Shown: positions 7,662 through 16,840 of the stretch, piece by piece | Position numbering within the stretch: position 1 is the first letter of the stretch | How the letters are laid out: each line of letters starts with the position of its first letter | The notes under the pieces: generated by a model | Told to the model about the DNA's origin: nothing | Seen by the model: the letters and a program-made list of their open reading frames with translations, nothing else | The model's database searches: none | Assembly (NCBI GenBank): GCA_019038705.1 | Contig: JAHOYX010000186.1 | Coordinates: forward strand, 1 to 37,266 | Direction of reading: 5' to 3' | Length of the DNA stretch: 37,266 bases | Origin: Spirochaetales bacterium | Lineage (GTDB): Bacteria > Spirochaetota > Spirochaetia > DSM-27196 > SLST01 | Program-made: the position numbers and the translations under genes

Positions 7662-10400
7662 ATGCGCAAGCGTTTGGTGGAATTCCTCATTCCTGCGATA
7701 GTTCTGGCCATTTTTGCAGGCCTGAACTTCGTTCCCTTCTTCCAGACGGCTGAAAAGCGGGTCTACGACCTGTTTCTCCGCATACGGCCCGCAGTTGAAC
7801 AGCGTGACGACATACTGTTCATGGACGTGGACGACAACGCGATTGCCAACGTGGGGCTCTGGCCGTGGAGCCGCGACTACATGGCGCGAGGTCTGATCCT
7901 TCTGCGCGAGTTTGATTCCAGCTATGTCACCTTTGATATCGAGTACGTAGATCCCAGCCCGCAAGCGGTGAACGCGCGCTACCTGCAGCAGGATCTTCCC
8001 CGTGACCTTGATGCCGAGTTCAGCTTTGTCCAGGACAGCATCTATGGACTCTTTGATGCACTCGCACAGGGGCAGATCAGCATTGCGGAGGCCGGAGACT
8101 TCATAGATGATCTGTCCGTGCTCACCGAAGATGTGAAAGCCAACCTGATCACCGCCGTGACAAACGTCGTGCGGGATAATGATCAGTTCCTCGGTCAGGC
8201 GGCCGGGTTCCACGGTCTGTCCTTCTTCACCGTGAACCAGCTCCGTGAGCTGGAGCCGTTGAGCGACGCGGAGCGTGCCAAACGCGATCAACTCATTCTC
8301 TACGTTGAGGATGCGGTGAACATCGACGAGATCGATGTTGTGGACGCGTCAAAAGTCCAGACCGGCGCGGATCTCCGCCCGACGATTCAACCCGTGCTCT
8401 CGCACGCCGGCGGCGCAGGATTCCCGAACGTTGTGGTTGATGACGACGGCGTCCGGCGAAGAATCGATCTGGTGACCGAGACCAACGGAACCTACTATGC
8501 CCAGCTCGTTACTGCTCCGCTGTTGGATTGGCTGGGCCAACCGACAGTTCGGGTGGATCGCAATCAGATCACGCTGCAGGACGCCCGGCTTCCCGGCTCG
8601 CCGATAACCACCGACATCCACATCCCGCTGGCCACCGACGGCCGGATGCTCATCAACTGGCCCAAGGCCACCTTCCTGGAGAGCTTCCGTCACCTCTCCT
8701 ACTGGCGGCTGGTCTACCACTGGGAGGTTGAGGAAGAGATTGTAGATCGATTACGGGCCATGGATGAGGCAAACTTCCTCTTCTTCTACGAGGGAGGCGA
8801 CCAACTGCTTCCGCTCTATGACTTTGCCGAGAGTCTAAAAGACGACGTGCTGGCCGGCGGTGATCGCGCGCAGATTGACGATTGGCGCGAGTACCGGCAG
8901 ATTTTTTTTGAAGAAGCAGGGGCATTCCTCGCCGGCACCGCGGAGGAAGACCTGATCGCCGAGCTTGATTACGCCATCAACTCCGGCGAGCTCCAGCCCG
9001 AGGACGCGGAGACCTACCAGATCATCAAGGATGAGGCGCGAGCCATCTTTGCCGAGACGCGCGAGCGGTACGATCTGTTCATGGAGAATCGACAGGTGCT
9101 CCAGGACGAAGTGGCCGGCAGCTTCGTGATCATCGGTTGGACCGGGACGTCCACCACCGATATCGGTGTCAATCCGTTTGAGCACGAGTACATGAATGTT
9201 GGTACCCATGCGGCGGTCGTCAACACTATCCTCAACGAGAACTTCCTGGACGATCTGCCGTGGTGGATTCCGTTTGCGGGATCGGTGGTGTTCGTCTTCC
9301 TCACTACCCTGATTATTCGCCGGCTCAAGGAGAAGCCTGTGCGGTCGCTCCTCGTCGGTTTCGGCGCGCTGCTTCTCATTGCCGCCGTCGGTGTGGTGCT
9401 GTTCGTGACCACCGGCATATACATGAACATCCTCACTCCGCTGCTCTCGGTGTTTCTCACGTTCATCGTGCTGACCATTATGAACTTCTTGACCACAAAC
9501 AAGGATAAACAGTTCATTCGGAGCGCGTTCAGTCACTACCTGTCGCCAGACGTCATCAACGAGGTTCTGTCCGATCCCGCGAAGCTCGGTCTGGGAGGCG
9601 AGAGGAAGAACATCTCCGCAATTTTCACCGACGTTCAGGGCTTCTCCACCATCAGCGAGGCTATCTCACCGGAAAAGCTGGTCCACCTCCTGAACAGATA
9701 CCTCACCGAGATGTGTGACATCATCCTCGACGGCCGCGGAACCATCGACAAGTTTGAGGGTGACGCGATCATTGCCTTTTTCGGCGCCCCGGTTGAGATG
9801 GACGACCATCAGATCCAGGCCTGCCGGGCGGCAATTCAGATGAAGAAGCTGGAGGAACGGCTCAACCAGGAGTTCCTTGACGATGAGTTGTCTCCCACGC
9901 CCCTGCTCACCCGGATAGGGGTCAACAGTGGCGACATGGTCGTGGGTAACATGGGCACCGACACGCGCATGGATTACACCATGATGGGTCACAACGTGAA
10001 TCTTGCCGCTCGGCTGGAAGGTGTGAACAAGCAGTACGGTACCTGGATCCTCGTGAGCGAGCAGACCTACGATAAGACAGGCCGCGCATTTTCCGTCCGC
10101 AAGCTGGATCGCGTGCGGGTCATGGGAATTACGGAGCCCGTTCGGCTTTACGAGCTCATTGATCTGCGCGAAGAGGTGGACGGGGACCAGAATCTCATTG
10201 ATAAGCTGCGGACCTTCAACGCCGGACTCACCGCCTTCGAGGAGAAAGCGTGGGGCGAAGCCGAGAAGAACTTCGCGGTTGTCCTGAACGAATACCCCGA
10301 GGACGGGCCCGCGAAGTACTATCTGGACCGTTCGCGGAAGTTCAAGAAGACTCCACCCAGCCCGGATTGGGACGGTGTTTTCAACCTGACCAAGAAATAA
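7662..10400 (+). CDS. CHASE2-domain membrane adenylate cyclase (class III) with C-terminal TPR-like tail
   Basis: N-terminal TM; CHASE2 motifs 'GLWPWSR', 'FDIEY', 'DDDGVRRRI', 'IIGWT', 'GTHAAVVNTIL'; 3 TMs; catalytic 'FTDVQGFST', 'DKFEGD' (Lys indicates ATP), 'DYTMMGHNVNLAARLE'. Confidence 0.92.
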   Translation: MRKRLVEFLIPAIVLAIFAGLNFVPFFQTAEKRVYDLFLRIRPAVEQRDDILFMDVDDNAIANVGLWPWSRDYMARGLILLREFDSSYVTFDIEYVDPSPQAVNARYLQQDLPRDLDAEFSFVQDSIYGLFDALAQGQISIAEAGDFIDDLSVLTEDVKANLITAVTNVVRDNDQFLGQAAGFHGLSFFTVNQLRELEPLSDAERAKRDQLILYVEDAVNIDEIDVVDASKVQTGADLRPTIQPVLSHAGGAGFPNVVVDDDGVRRRIDLVTETNGTYYAQLVTAPLLDWLGQPTVRVDRNQITLQDARLPGSPITTDIHIPLATDGRMLINWPKATFLESFRHLSYWRLVYHWEVEEEIVDRLRAMDEANFLFFYEGGDQLLPLYDFAESLKDDVLAGGDRAQIDDWREYRQIFFEEAGAFLAGTAEEDLIAELDYAINSGELQPEDAETYQIIKDEARAIFAETRERYDLFMENRQVLQDEVAGSFVIIGWTGTSTTDIGVNPFEHEYMNVGTHAAVVNTILNENFLDDLPWWIPFAGSVVFVFLTTLIIRRLKEKPVRSLLVGFGALLLIAAVGVVLFVTTGIYMNILTPLLSVFLTFIVLTIMNFLTTNKDKQFIRSAFSHYLSPDVINEVLSDPAKLGLGGERKNISAIFTDVQGFSTISEAISPEKLVHLLNRYLTEMCDIILDGRGTIDKFEGDAIIAFFGAPVEMDDHQIQACRAAIQMKKLEERLNQEFLDDELSPTPLLTRIGVNSGDMVVGNMGTDTRMDYTMMGHNVNLAARLEGVNKQYGTWILVSEQTYDKTGRAFSVRKLDRVRVMGITEPVRLYELIDLREEVDGDQNLIDKLRTFNAGLTAFEEKAWGEAEKNFAVVLNEYPEDGPAKYYLDRSRKFKKTPPSPDWDGVFNLTKK

Positions 10401-10402
10401 CC

Positions 10403-10426
10403 TGGGTCGCCCTCCAGGGCGACTCA
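10403..10426 (+). terminator. GC-rich hairpin right after the cyclase stop; possible terminator or mRNA stabiliser
   Basis: TGGGTCGCCC-TCCA-GGGCGACTCA, 10-bp stem with one G-U pair; no U-tract. Confidence 0.4.
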
Positions 10427-10625
10427 ACAACAGCGGCGCCTTTCCAGGTCCTTGCGGCCGGGGGCAATTGTAGCTATCATTTCTTTCCTCGGAACTTGAT
10501 GAGTTCGTCTCTGTTTTCCTCGGCAGAATGATATGCCGCACGGTCAAGGATCGGGCAGCGGTGAACGCCACAGTCCGCGAAGAGCTCTCCGAAAGCAGAG
10601 CACAAAGAAGAACAAAGGAGACATC

Positions 10626-10997
10626 ATGAATAGGATCTTTGCTGTACCAACGGAAAACGGGAAGCTGTGTACCCATTTCGGTCACTGTGAGAGCTTTGCG
10701 ATTCTCGAAGTCGTGGATGATAGCATTACAAAAGAGAGCTATGTGGATCCACCGGTTCACCAGCCAGGCACATATCCGGCGTTTCTGGCGGAGAAGGGCG
10801 TACACACCATAATTGCGGGTGGTATGGGCGTAATGGCTCAGAATCTCTTCGCAGAAAACAAGATCGAAGTACTCATGGGAATTGACGCTGAGGATCCTGC
10901 TAAGCTGGTAGAGAAGTACCTTCAGAGCGAACTGGAAAACGGTGACAACCTCTGTGACAGTGATCACGGGCACGGAGATGGACATCATCAGCAGTAG
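10626..10997 (+). CDS. NifB/NifX-family (dinitrogenase FeMo-cofactor-like) protein with His-rich tail
   Basis: RBS AAGGAG; 'HFGHCESF', 'PPVHQPG', 'IIAGGMG', end 'NLCDSDHGHGDGHHQQ'. Confidence 0.85.
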   Translation: MNRIFAVPTENGKLCTHFGHCESFAILEVVDDSITKESYVDPPVHQPGTYPAFLAEKGVHTIIAGGMGVMAQNLFAENKIEVLMGIDAEDPAKLVEKYLQSELENGDNLCDSDHGHGDGHHQQ

Positions 10998-11006
10998 ATA
11001 TCCTTG

Positions 11007-11870
11007 ATGAAAATCGCCATAGCCAGCGGAAAGGGCGGCACGGGCAAGACGACCCTTTCAACAAACCTGGCAGCTTTCATGTCTCAGTTTGGTCAGGTAG
11101 TACTGGCTGACCTTGATGTGGAGGAACCGAACTCAGGTCTGTTTATCAACGGCGAACTGATTCATCAGGAAGACACGTACAAAATGATTCCTGAGTGGGA
11201 CAAGAGCAGATGTGAACTGTGCGGCAATTGTCAGGCGGTCTGCAATTTCAACGCGGTCTTACAGATGGGGAAGACGATAATGGTTTTTCCCCAACTCTGC
11301 CACGGCTGTTATGCCTGTTCAGAGTTGTGTCCCACCGGTTCTCTGCCCATGAAACAGAAGAAGATGGGCGAGCTCAGATCTTTCAGGGCAGACAATCTGA
11401 GTCTTGTCGAGAGCAGACTGATTGTAGGGGAGGAACAGGCTGTCCCCCTCATTCGGCAGACTATCGATTTTGTGGATACGAACTTCTCAGAAGAGGTCAC
11501 GCAGATCTTTGACGCGCCTCCGGGGACTTCCTGCCCCGTAATTGAAGCCACCAGGGACGCGGATCTTGTAGTCCTGATTACAGAACCCACACCTTTCGGC
11601 CTTCATGATCTCAAGCTTGCGGTGGAAACCATCAGGCAGCTTGAGAAGAAGTTTGTTGTAGTTGTTAACCGCCACGGGATCGGAGATGACGGGGTGGATC
11701 ACTACTGCCGAGAAGAGAATATCCGTGTCATTGCCCGTATTCCGAATGACAGGAAGATAGCCGAAACCTACTCCAGGGGAGAACTGCTCTACCCGACGAT
11801 ACCCGCGGTTCGCAGTGCTGTTGAAACCATTGCCGACTACATCGGTGAGTTCAAACGGGAGCTGAAGTAG
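11007..11870 (+). CDS. MinD/ParA-superfamily P-loop ATPase with inserted 2x[4Fe-4S] ferredoxin (COG1149)
   Basis: SGKGGTGKTT; 'DLDVEEPN'; CELCGNCQAVC and CHGCYACSELCP; 'DAPPGTSCP'; 'TEPTPFGLHDL'. Confidence 0.9.
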   Translation: MKIAIASGKGGTGKTTLSTNLAAFMSQFGQVVLADLDVEEPNSGLFINGELIHQEDTYKMIPEWDKSRCELCGNCQAVCNFNAVLQMGKTIMVFPQLCHGCYACSELCPTGSLPMKQKKMGELRSFRADNLSLVESRLIVGEEQAVPLIRQTIDFVDTNFSEEVTQIFDAPPGTSCPVIEATRDADLVVLITEPTPFGLHDLKLAVETIRQLEKKFVVVVNRHGIGDDGVDHYCREENIRVIARIPNDRKIAETYSRGELLYPTIPAVRSAVETIADYIGEFKRELK

Positions 11871-12746
11871 GTGAAAGAGATCGTAGTCATATCGGGGAAA
11901 GGCGGTACGGGAAAGACGTCAATCACGGCGGCTCTCGCGATTCTTGGTGGAAACGACGTCATCGTTGCCGACTGCGATGTGGACGCTGCAGACATGCATC
12001 TCCTGATGGAGCCGGATCTTGAGATCAGTGAAGATTTCTACAGTGGTGAGATAGCACACATAAACCAGGACTTTTGCACTCAATGTGGAAAGTGCCAGGA
12101 AGTCTGCAGATTCAATGCTATTCCGATCATTGGCGGTGAGTACACCGTGGACTCTCTGGGATGTGAAGGCTGCGGATACTGTGCAAGAGTCTGTCCGGCG
12201 GACGCCATAACAAACAGCGAACAGAATGTCGGAAAGTGGTTCATTTCCGGAATAAGGACTGGAAGCAGCATGGTCCACGCCAGCCTCAACATAGGCGCCG
12301 AGAACTCCGGCAAACTCGTAGCCCAGGTTAAGAGTGGGTCAAAAGCGCTGGCCGAAAGGCTTGGAAAGAACATGGTTCTTGTGGATGGGTCGCCAGGAAT
12401 CGGATGCCCGGTGGTCTCTTCCCTCTCGGGAGCCTCCTTTGTAGTTCTCGTCACGGAGCCAACCGTTTCGGGGTTTCATGATCTGAAGAGAGTCTATGAG
12501 CTTGTGAAGAAGTTCAGGATCGAGGCCGGCTGCATCGTGAACAAGGCAGATCTCAATACGGAGGTCCTTGATGGCATTCGTAGCTTTCTGTCGGAAGAAG
12601 ATATTGTGTTGCTGACGGAAATCCCGTATGACGAAAGATTCACCGAGGCCATGACAAACGGGAAGACCATTGTAGAGTGGGACGACAAACTGGCGGGGAT
12701 TGTTCGCGGAACCTGGGAAAGAATCCGAGAAACAGTAAGACTGTAA
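11871..12746 (+). CDS. Second COG1149 P-loop ATPase with inserted ferredoxin
   Basis: SGKGGTGKTS; 'DCDVDAADMH'; CTQCGKCQEVC and CEGCGYCARVCP; 'GAENSGKLV'; 'DGSPGIGCP'. Confidence 0.9.
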   Translation: MKEIVVISGKGGTGKTSITAALAILGGNDVIVADCDVDAADMHLLMEPDLEISEDFYSGEIAHINQDFCTQCGKCQEVCRFNAIPIIGGEYTVDSLGCEGCGYCARVCPADAITNSEQNVGKWFISGIRTGSSMVHASLNIGAENSGKLVAQVKSGSKALAERLGKNMVLVDGSPGIGCPVVSSLSGASFVVLVTEPTVSGFHDLKRVYELVKKFRIEAGCIVNKADLNTEVLDGIRSFLSEEDIVLLTEIPYDERFTEAMTNGKTIVEWDDKLAGIVRGTWERIRETVRL

Positions 12747-12758
12747 CAGGAGAGAAGA

Positions 12759-13097
12759 ATGAAAATCATCTTTACGACCAAAGGTACGGAATGGGACTCC
12801 GCAATGGATCCTCGCTTCGGAAGGACCGAGTTCTTTCTGATTTATGATGAAGGGACTGACAGCGTAGAAACTTATGACAACAGGGCAATTGAGAATGAGG
12901 CCCATGGAGCAGGGCCAAAGACTGCACAGAAGCTGGCCGAGTACGGCGCCGAAGTTCTGATTACAGGCAATGGGCCTGGTGGAAATGCCGCCGCCGTACT
13001 TCAGAGGACGGGAATCGAGATCCTGGTCGGAGCCGGCGACATGACCGTCAAAGAGGCACATGAAGCCTACAAGGCCGGCAAGCTGAAGAAAGTCTGA
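12759..13097 (+). CDS. NifB/NifX-family protein
   Basis: 'DPRFGR', 'HGAG', 'LITGNGPGGNA'; RBS AGGAG. Confidence 0.88.
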   Translation: MKIIFTTKGTEWDSAMDPRFGRTEFFLIYDEGTDSVETYDNRAIENEAHGAGPKTAQKLAEYGAEVLITGNGPGGNAAAVLQRTGIEILVGAGDMTVKEAHEAYKAGKLKKV

Positions 13098-13114
13098 CGC
13101 GTGCGCAAGCATTT

Positions 13115-13205
13115 ATGAAAAGACATGAATGCAAATGGTTTCCGGTCTGTCCGATGAAGTCCTTCTCTGCTTCCAGACGGGAAGATAGATGAAAACCTAT
13201 CTTGA
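13115..13205 (+). pseudogene. Internally deleted small Cys-rich protein
   Basis: ATG 13115 gives MKRHECKWFPVCPMKSF...; the +1 frame from 13167 gives LLPDGKIDENLS*. These resemble the two ends of a roughly 60-aa Cys-rich family I recall from such operons. Confidence 0.45.
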
Positions 13206-14049
13206 CTGCATACCCTGTTTCATGAAGCAGGCTCTGCGGGCCGGACGAATTTCGGGAATGGATGAGTCGGGCGTCAAACAACTGCTGGATGAAGTGGGCT
13301 GTATGATCAGGGACCTGCCCCTGGAGAGCACCCCGCCTGTTACCGGAGATCTGATCTACGGGAAAATCAGGCAAATGACCGGGGTCAATGATCCCTACAA
13401 TGAGATTAAGAAAGAGACTATCAGAGAGGCTCTGGAGCTCTATCCGGAATTGAAGAATATTGTCAGGAAATCCGATAACAGAATGCTCACGGCTGCAAAG
13501 ATCGCAATTGCCGGAAACGTAATTGATCTCGGAGTAGGAAATGACTTCAATATCACCAGAGATGTACACGCAATTCTGAATCAGGAGTTCGCGATACTTC
13601 ACTTTGAGGAATTTCTGGAGAGCCTCAATAAGGCGGAATCTGTTCTCTACCTTGGGGACAACGCCGGGGAATCAGTCTTCGATAAGCTTCTCATAGAAGA
13701 ACTCGGAAAGCCGGTTACGTATGTCGTACGAGACATACCAGTCATAAACGATGTGACCATGGAGGATGCTATTGATTCCGGACTTGACACCGTAGCCGAG
13801 ATAATATCTTCGGGAAGCTCTGCACCGGCGATAATACCAGGTCTGTGCAGCGACGAATTTCTAGATCGTTTTGAAAGTGCGGAAATGATTATCAGCAAGG
13901 GGCAGGGCAACTACGAAGGTCTCTCCAATGTCGAGAGGCCGATTTTCGTTCTGCTGAAGGCGAAATGCCAGGTTATTGCGAATGATCTGGGCGTCGATAC
14001 AGGCGATATCATACTGGCTACTCCGAGGGAGCTCAATCGCCACCAGTGA
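13189..14049 (+). CDS. DUF89/ARMT1-like damage-control phosphatase
   Basis: 'DCIPC', 'DPY..IK', 'IAGNVIDLG', 'GDNAGESVFD', 'INDVT', 'SKGQGNYEGL', 'LKAKC'. Confidence 0.9.
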   Translation: MKTYLDCIPCFMKQALRAGRISGMDESGVKQLLDEVGCMIRDLPLESTPPVTGDLIYGKIRQMTGVNDPYNEIKKETIREALELYPELKNIVRKSDNRMLTAAKIAIAGNVIDLGVGNDFNITRDVHAILNQEFAILHFEEFLESLNKAESVLYLGDNAGESVFDKLLIEELGKPVTYVVRDIPVINDVTMEDAIDSGLDTVAEIISSGSSAPAIIPGLCSDEFLDRFESAEMIISKGQGNYEGLSNVERPIFVLLKAKCQVIANDLGVDTGDIILATPRELNRHQ

Positions 14050-14124
14050 TGCTATCGCTTTTTGTCTTGGACTGTGTTAAGAAATCGGCAAGTCCCCGCA
14101 CATCCCACTCAGAGGGCGACACCT

Positions 14125-15786
14125 ATGATTCTGATAACCGTTCTGAACATCATTGGAAGCCTTGGACTGTTCCTCTTCGGAATGAAGATCATGAGCGACG
14201 GTATTCAGAAAGCCGCCGGACATCGATTACAGAGCGTTCTGGGGTTCATGACCGGGAACAGGTTTGCCGCGGTGGCGACCGGTGTGCTCATCACCGGACT
14301 CATCCAGTCTTCATCGGCGACGACGGTCATGGTCGTGGGGTTTGCGAACGCCGGTCTGCTCTCATTGAGGCAGGCCATCGGCGTGATCATGGGTGCGAAC
14401 ATTGGCACCACCGTTACGGGTTGGATCGTCGCCCTGTTGGGTTTCAAGTTCAGCATTGCGATTATCGTGCTTCCAGCCCTGGCTGTCGGTCTTCCGCTTC
14501 GTCTCAGCAAGAGACTCGGCAAACAGGACTGGGGCGAAGCGGTGACAGGGTTCGGCCTGCTCTTTCTCGGACTGGATCTCCTGAAGAACTCTGTCCCGGA
14601 GATACAGGGCAACGCAGAGTTCCTGCAGTTCATGGCACAACTCAACAACCTCGGCCCCCTGACCTTCATCATCTTCGTCGCGTTCGGCACCATCCTCACC
14701 ATCGTGGTCCAGTCCTCGAGCGCCGCCATGGCAATCACCCTCACAATGGCTTTCTCGGGATGGATCGATTTCTCTACCGCCGCCGCGATCGTTCTCGGCG
14801 AAAACATCGGAACCACGGCCACCGCCTTCATTGCGTCGGTAGGCACGAATATCAATGCCCGGCGCGCCTCGCGGGTCCACATGCTCTTCAATGTCTTCGG
14901 AGTTCTCTGGATAGGGATTCTTTTCAAGCCCTTCCTCGCCCTGGTGGACCTCATCGTCCCTGGAGTTCCCACGGGCGGCGCGATAACCGCCCACCTTGCG
15001 ATGTTCCACACCCTCTTCAACGTGACGAACACGGTGCTCTTCGTTGGATTTGTGAGACAGCTCGAGTCTCTGGTGAAGAAGCTCACCCGACCGAAGGCCG
15101 ATGAAGAGGAGCGAGCCTATCAACTGAAGTACATCTCAACCACGTTGCAGGACACCCCGGAGATGAACCTGATGAACGCCAAGATGGAACTGTCCAGAAT
15201 GGCAGGCATTGTACAGGAGATGTTCCGTCGCTTTCTCGAGGTGTTCAGGAACCCGGACAAGAAGATGGGCAACCAGGTGGCGGAACTCAAAGAGATGGAG
15301 GACTACACCGATCGGATGCAGGAGGACATATCGATCTTTCTTGCGCAGTGCGCCCGCGAGAGTCTCACCGAGACAAGTGCGGCGAATGTCAGTGCGATGA
15401 TCCGCATTGCCCACGAACTGGAGAACATCGGTGACGCTTGCTTCAATCTCATGGTGCTGGCGCGGAGGCGGTATGATTCAAAAATCGACTTCGATCCGTC
15501 TGCATTGGAGGATTTGAATCCCTACTCCGTGAAGGTGGCGGAGTTCATCGAGTTCATCAGGAAGCACCTGAACGAGCACCTCTCACGTGCCGAATTGGAG
15601 ACCGCCTATCTCTACGAAGACGACGTCAACAGATTCCGCACCCGCCTCAAAGACGAGGCGCAGGACCGCCTTCAGACCGGAGCCGATGTCAAGTCGGAAC
15701 TCCTGTTCATTGAGATGGTCCGCCAGATTGAACACATGGGCGACCACGCCCTGAACGTTGCGCAGGCCCTCAGGCAGATCCGGTAG
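14125..15786 (+). CDS. Na+/Pi cotransporter family protein with C-terminal PhoU domains
   Basis: Two 'QSSSA' repeats, 'GANIGTT' and 'GENIGTT', multiple TMs, PhoU-like 'ELENIGD' and 'IEHMGDHALN'. Confidence 0.92.
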   Translation: MILITVLNIIGSLGLFLFGMKIMSDGIQKAAGHRLQSVLGFMTGNRFAAVATGVLITGLIQSSSATTVMVVGFANAGLLSLRQAIGVIMGANIGTTVTGWIVALLGFKFSIAIIVLPALAVGLPLRLSKRLGKQDWGEAVTGFGLLFLGLDLLKNSVPEIQGNAEFLQFMAQLNNLGPLTFIIFVAFGTILTIVVQSSSAAMAITLTMAFSGWIDFSTAAAIVLGENIGTTATAFIASVGTNINARRASRVHMLFNVFGVLWIGILFKPFLALVDLIVPGVPTGGAITAHLAMFHTLFNVTNTVLFVGFVRQLESLVKKLTRPKADEEERAYQLKYISTTLQDTPEMNLMNAKMELSRMAGIVQEMFRRFLEVFRNPDKKMGNQVAELKEMEDYTDRMQEDISIFLAQCARESLTETSAANVSAMIRIAHELENIGDACFNLMVLARRRYDSKIDFDPSALEDLNPYSVKVAEFIEFIRKHLNEHLSRAELETAYLYEDDVNRFRTRLKDEAQDRLQTGADVKSELLFIEMVRQIEHMGDHALNVAQALRQIR

Positions 15787-15797
15787 CAGCTCGCGTA

Positions 15798-15826
15798 TTG
15801 CGTCTGAGCGACTCAACCATTACTAT
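15798..15826 (+). promoter_or_regulatory. Putative sigma70 promoter of etfB-etfA-acd
   Basis: TTGCGT-N17-TACTAT in the intergenic gap upstream of etfB. Confidence 0.5.
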
Positions 15827-15947
15827 GACGGTAATCATCCTACAGGATCTGATCAGTAGGCAGAGTGGACCAGAGCATCCAATTCCATTACCTGGACGAG
15901 CACCCGTTCCGTGTGAGGCACGGTGATTGTCTGCCGAGGAGGAGTAC

Positions 15948-16829
15948 ATGGGTCTGAACCTCATCGTATTGATAAAGCAGGTGCCGGACACCCAGAACAT
16001 CACCGGGAACGCCATGAAGGAAGATGGTACGGTGAATCGTGGGGCATTGCCGGCAATTTTCAACCCGGAGGATCTCCACGCCCTTGAAGCGGCGCTGACG
16101 ATTCGCGATTCGACGCCGGGCTCCAAAGTGCATGTCCTGACCATGGGGCCGCCCAGCGCAGTCCAGGTGCTGAAGGACTCCCTCTACCGGGGCGCGGATT
16201 TCGTGGCGTTGATCTCCGATAGACGATTTGCCGCAGCTGACACGCTTGCCACCTCGTACGCTCTGAAGTGTGCCGTTGAGAAGATTGGCAGCTACGACAT
16301 CGTGCTCTGCGGCCGCCAGGCAATTGACGGGGACACTGCGCAGGTAGGTCCGCAAACGGCGGAGAAACTCGGCATCAACCAGATTACCTGTGTTTCGCGG
16401 ATAGAAGACATTGACGTGGACAAGAGGACGATCACGGCGGTCCGATCGATTGAGGGCGGATACGAGAAGATTCGGGCAAAACTGCCTATCCTTCTGACAC
16501 TGACTGACGAGCACTACCTGCCGCGGCCGCCGTCTGCCATCAAATTGATGACCTACAAGAGTGCGTCAACCGAGATGAGCAATACCGATTTTGATGAATC
16601 GTACCTGACATCCGGGGCGGATCTGAAGGCGGAGAACACGATAAGCCTCTGGGACATCAATGCGATTGGTGCCGATCCGGAGAGCTGTGGCCTTGCCGGT
16701 TCACCGACAAAGGTGAAGACCATTGACCTGGTCGTGCTCAAGTCGGAGGACCTGAGGATGATCGAGAATACCGACGAATCGATTGGCGACATGGTGCATG
16801 AACTCATCGCCGACCACACTCTGGGATAA
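15948..16829 (+). CDS. etfB: Electron transfer flavoprotein beta subunit (FixA family)
   Basis: RBS GAGGAGG; 'KQVPD', 'NPEDLHALE', 'ADTLATS', 'CGRQAIDGDTAQVGPQ'. Confidence 0.93.
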   Translation: MGLNLIVLIKQVPDTQNITGNAMKEDGTVNRGALPAIFNPEDLHALEAALTIRDSTPGSKVHVLTMGPPSAVQVLKDSLYRGADFVALISDRRFAAADTLATSYALKCAVEKIGSYDIVLCGRQAIDGDTAQVGPQTAEKLGINQITCVSRIEDIDVDKRTITAVRSIEGGYEKIRAKLPILLTLTDEHYLPRPPSAIKLMTYKSASTEMSNTDFDESYLTSGADLKAENTISLWDINAIGADPESCGLAGSPTKVKTIDLVVLKSEDLRMIENTDESIGDMVHELIADHTLG

Positions 16830-16840
16830 AGGAGAGTCCT

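Noticed and set aside
10520-10537. Sigma54-like promoter candidates (CGGCA...TGC here; TGGCA at 20261)
   Set aside because: GG-N10-GC spacing is not met in either case.
9666-10988. 440-aa minus-strand ORF
   Set aside because: Antisense to the cyclase and NifX genes, crosses an intergenic region, and has no motifs.
10626-13097. Nitrogen fixation cluster
   Set aside because: Only NifX-like domains and COG1149 ATPases; no nifH, nifD, nifK or radical-SAM NifB motifs.
14046-15104. 352-aa plus-strand ORF overlapping the Na/Pi transporter
   Set aside because: Alternative-frame, Arg/His-rich shadow of a GC-rich membrane-protein gene.
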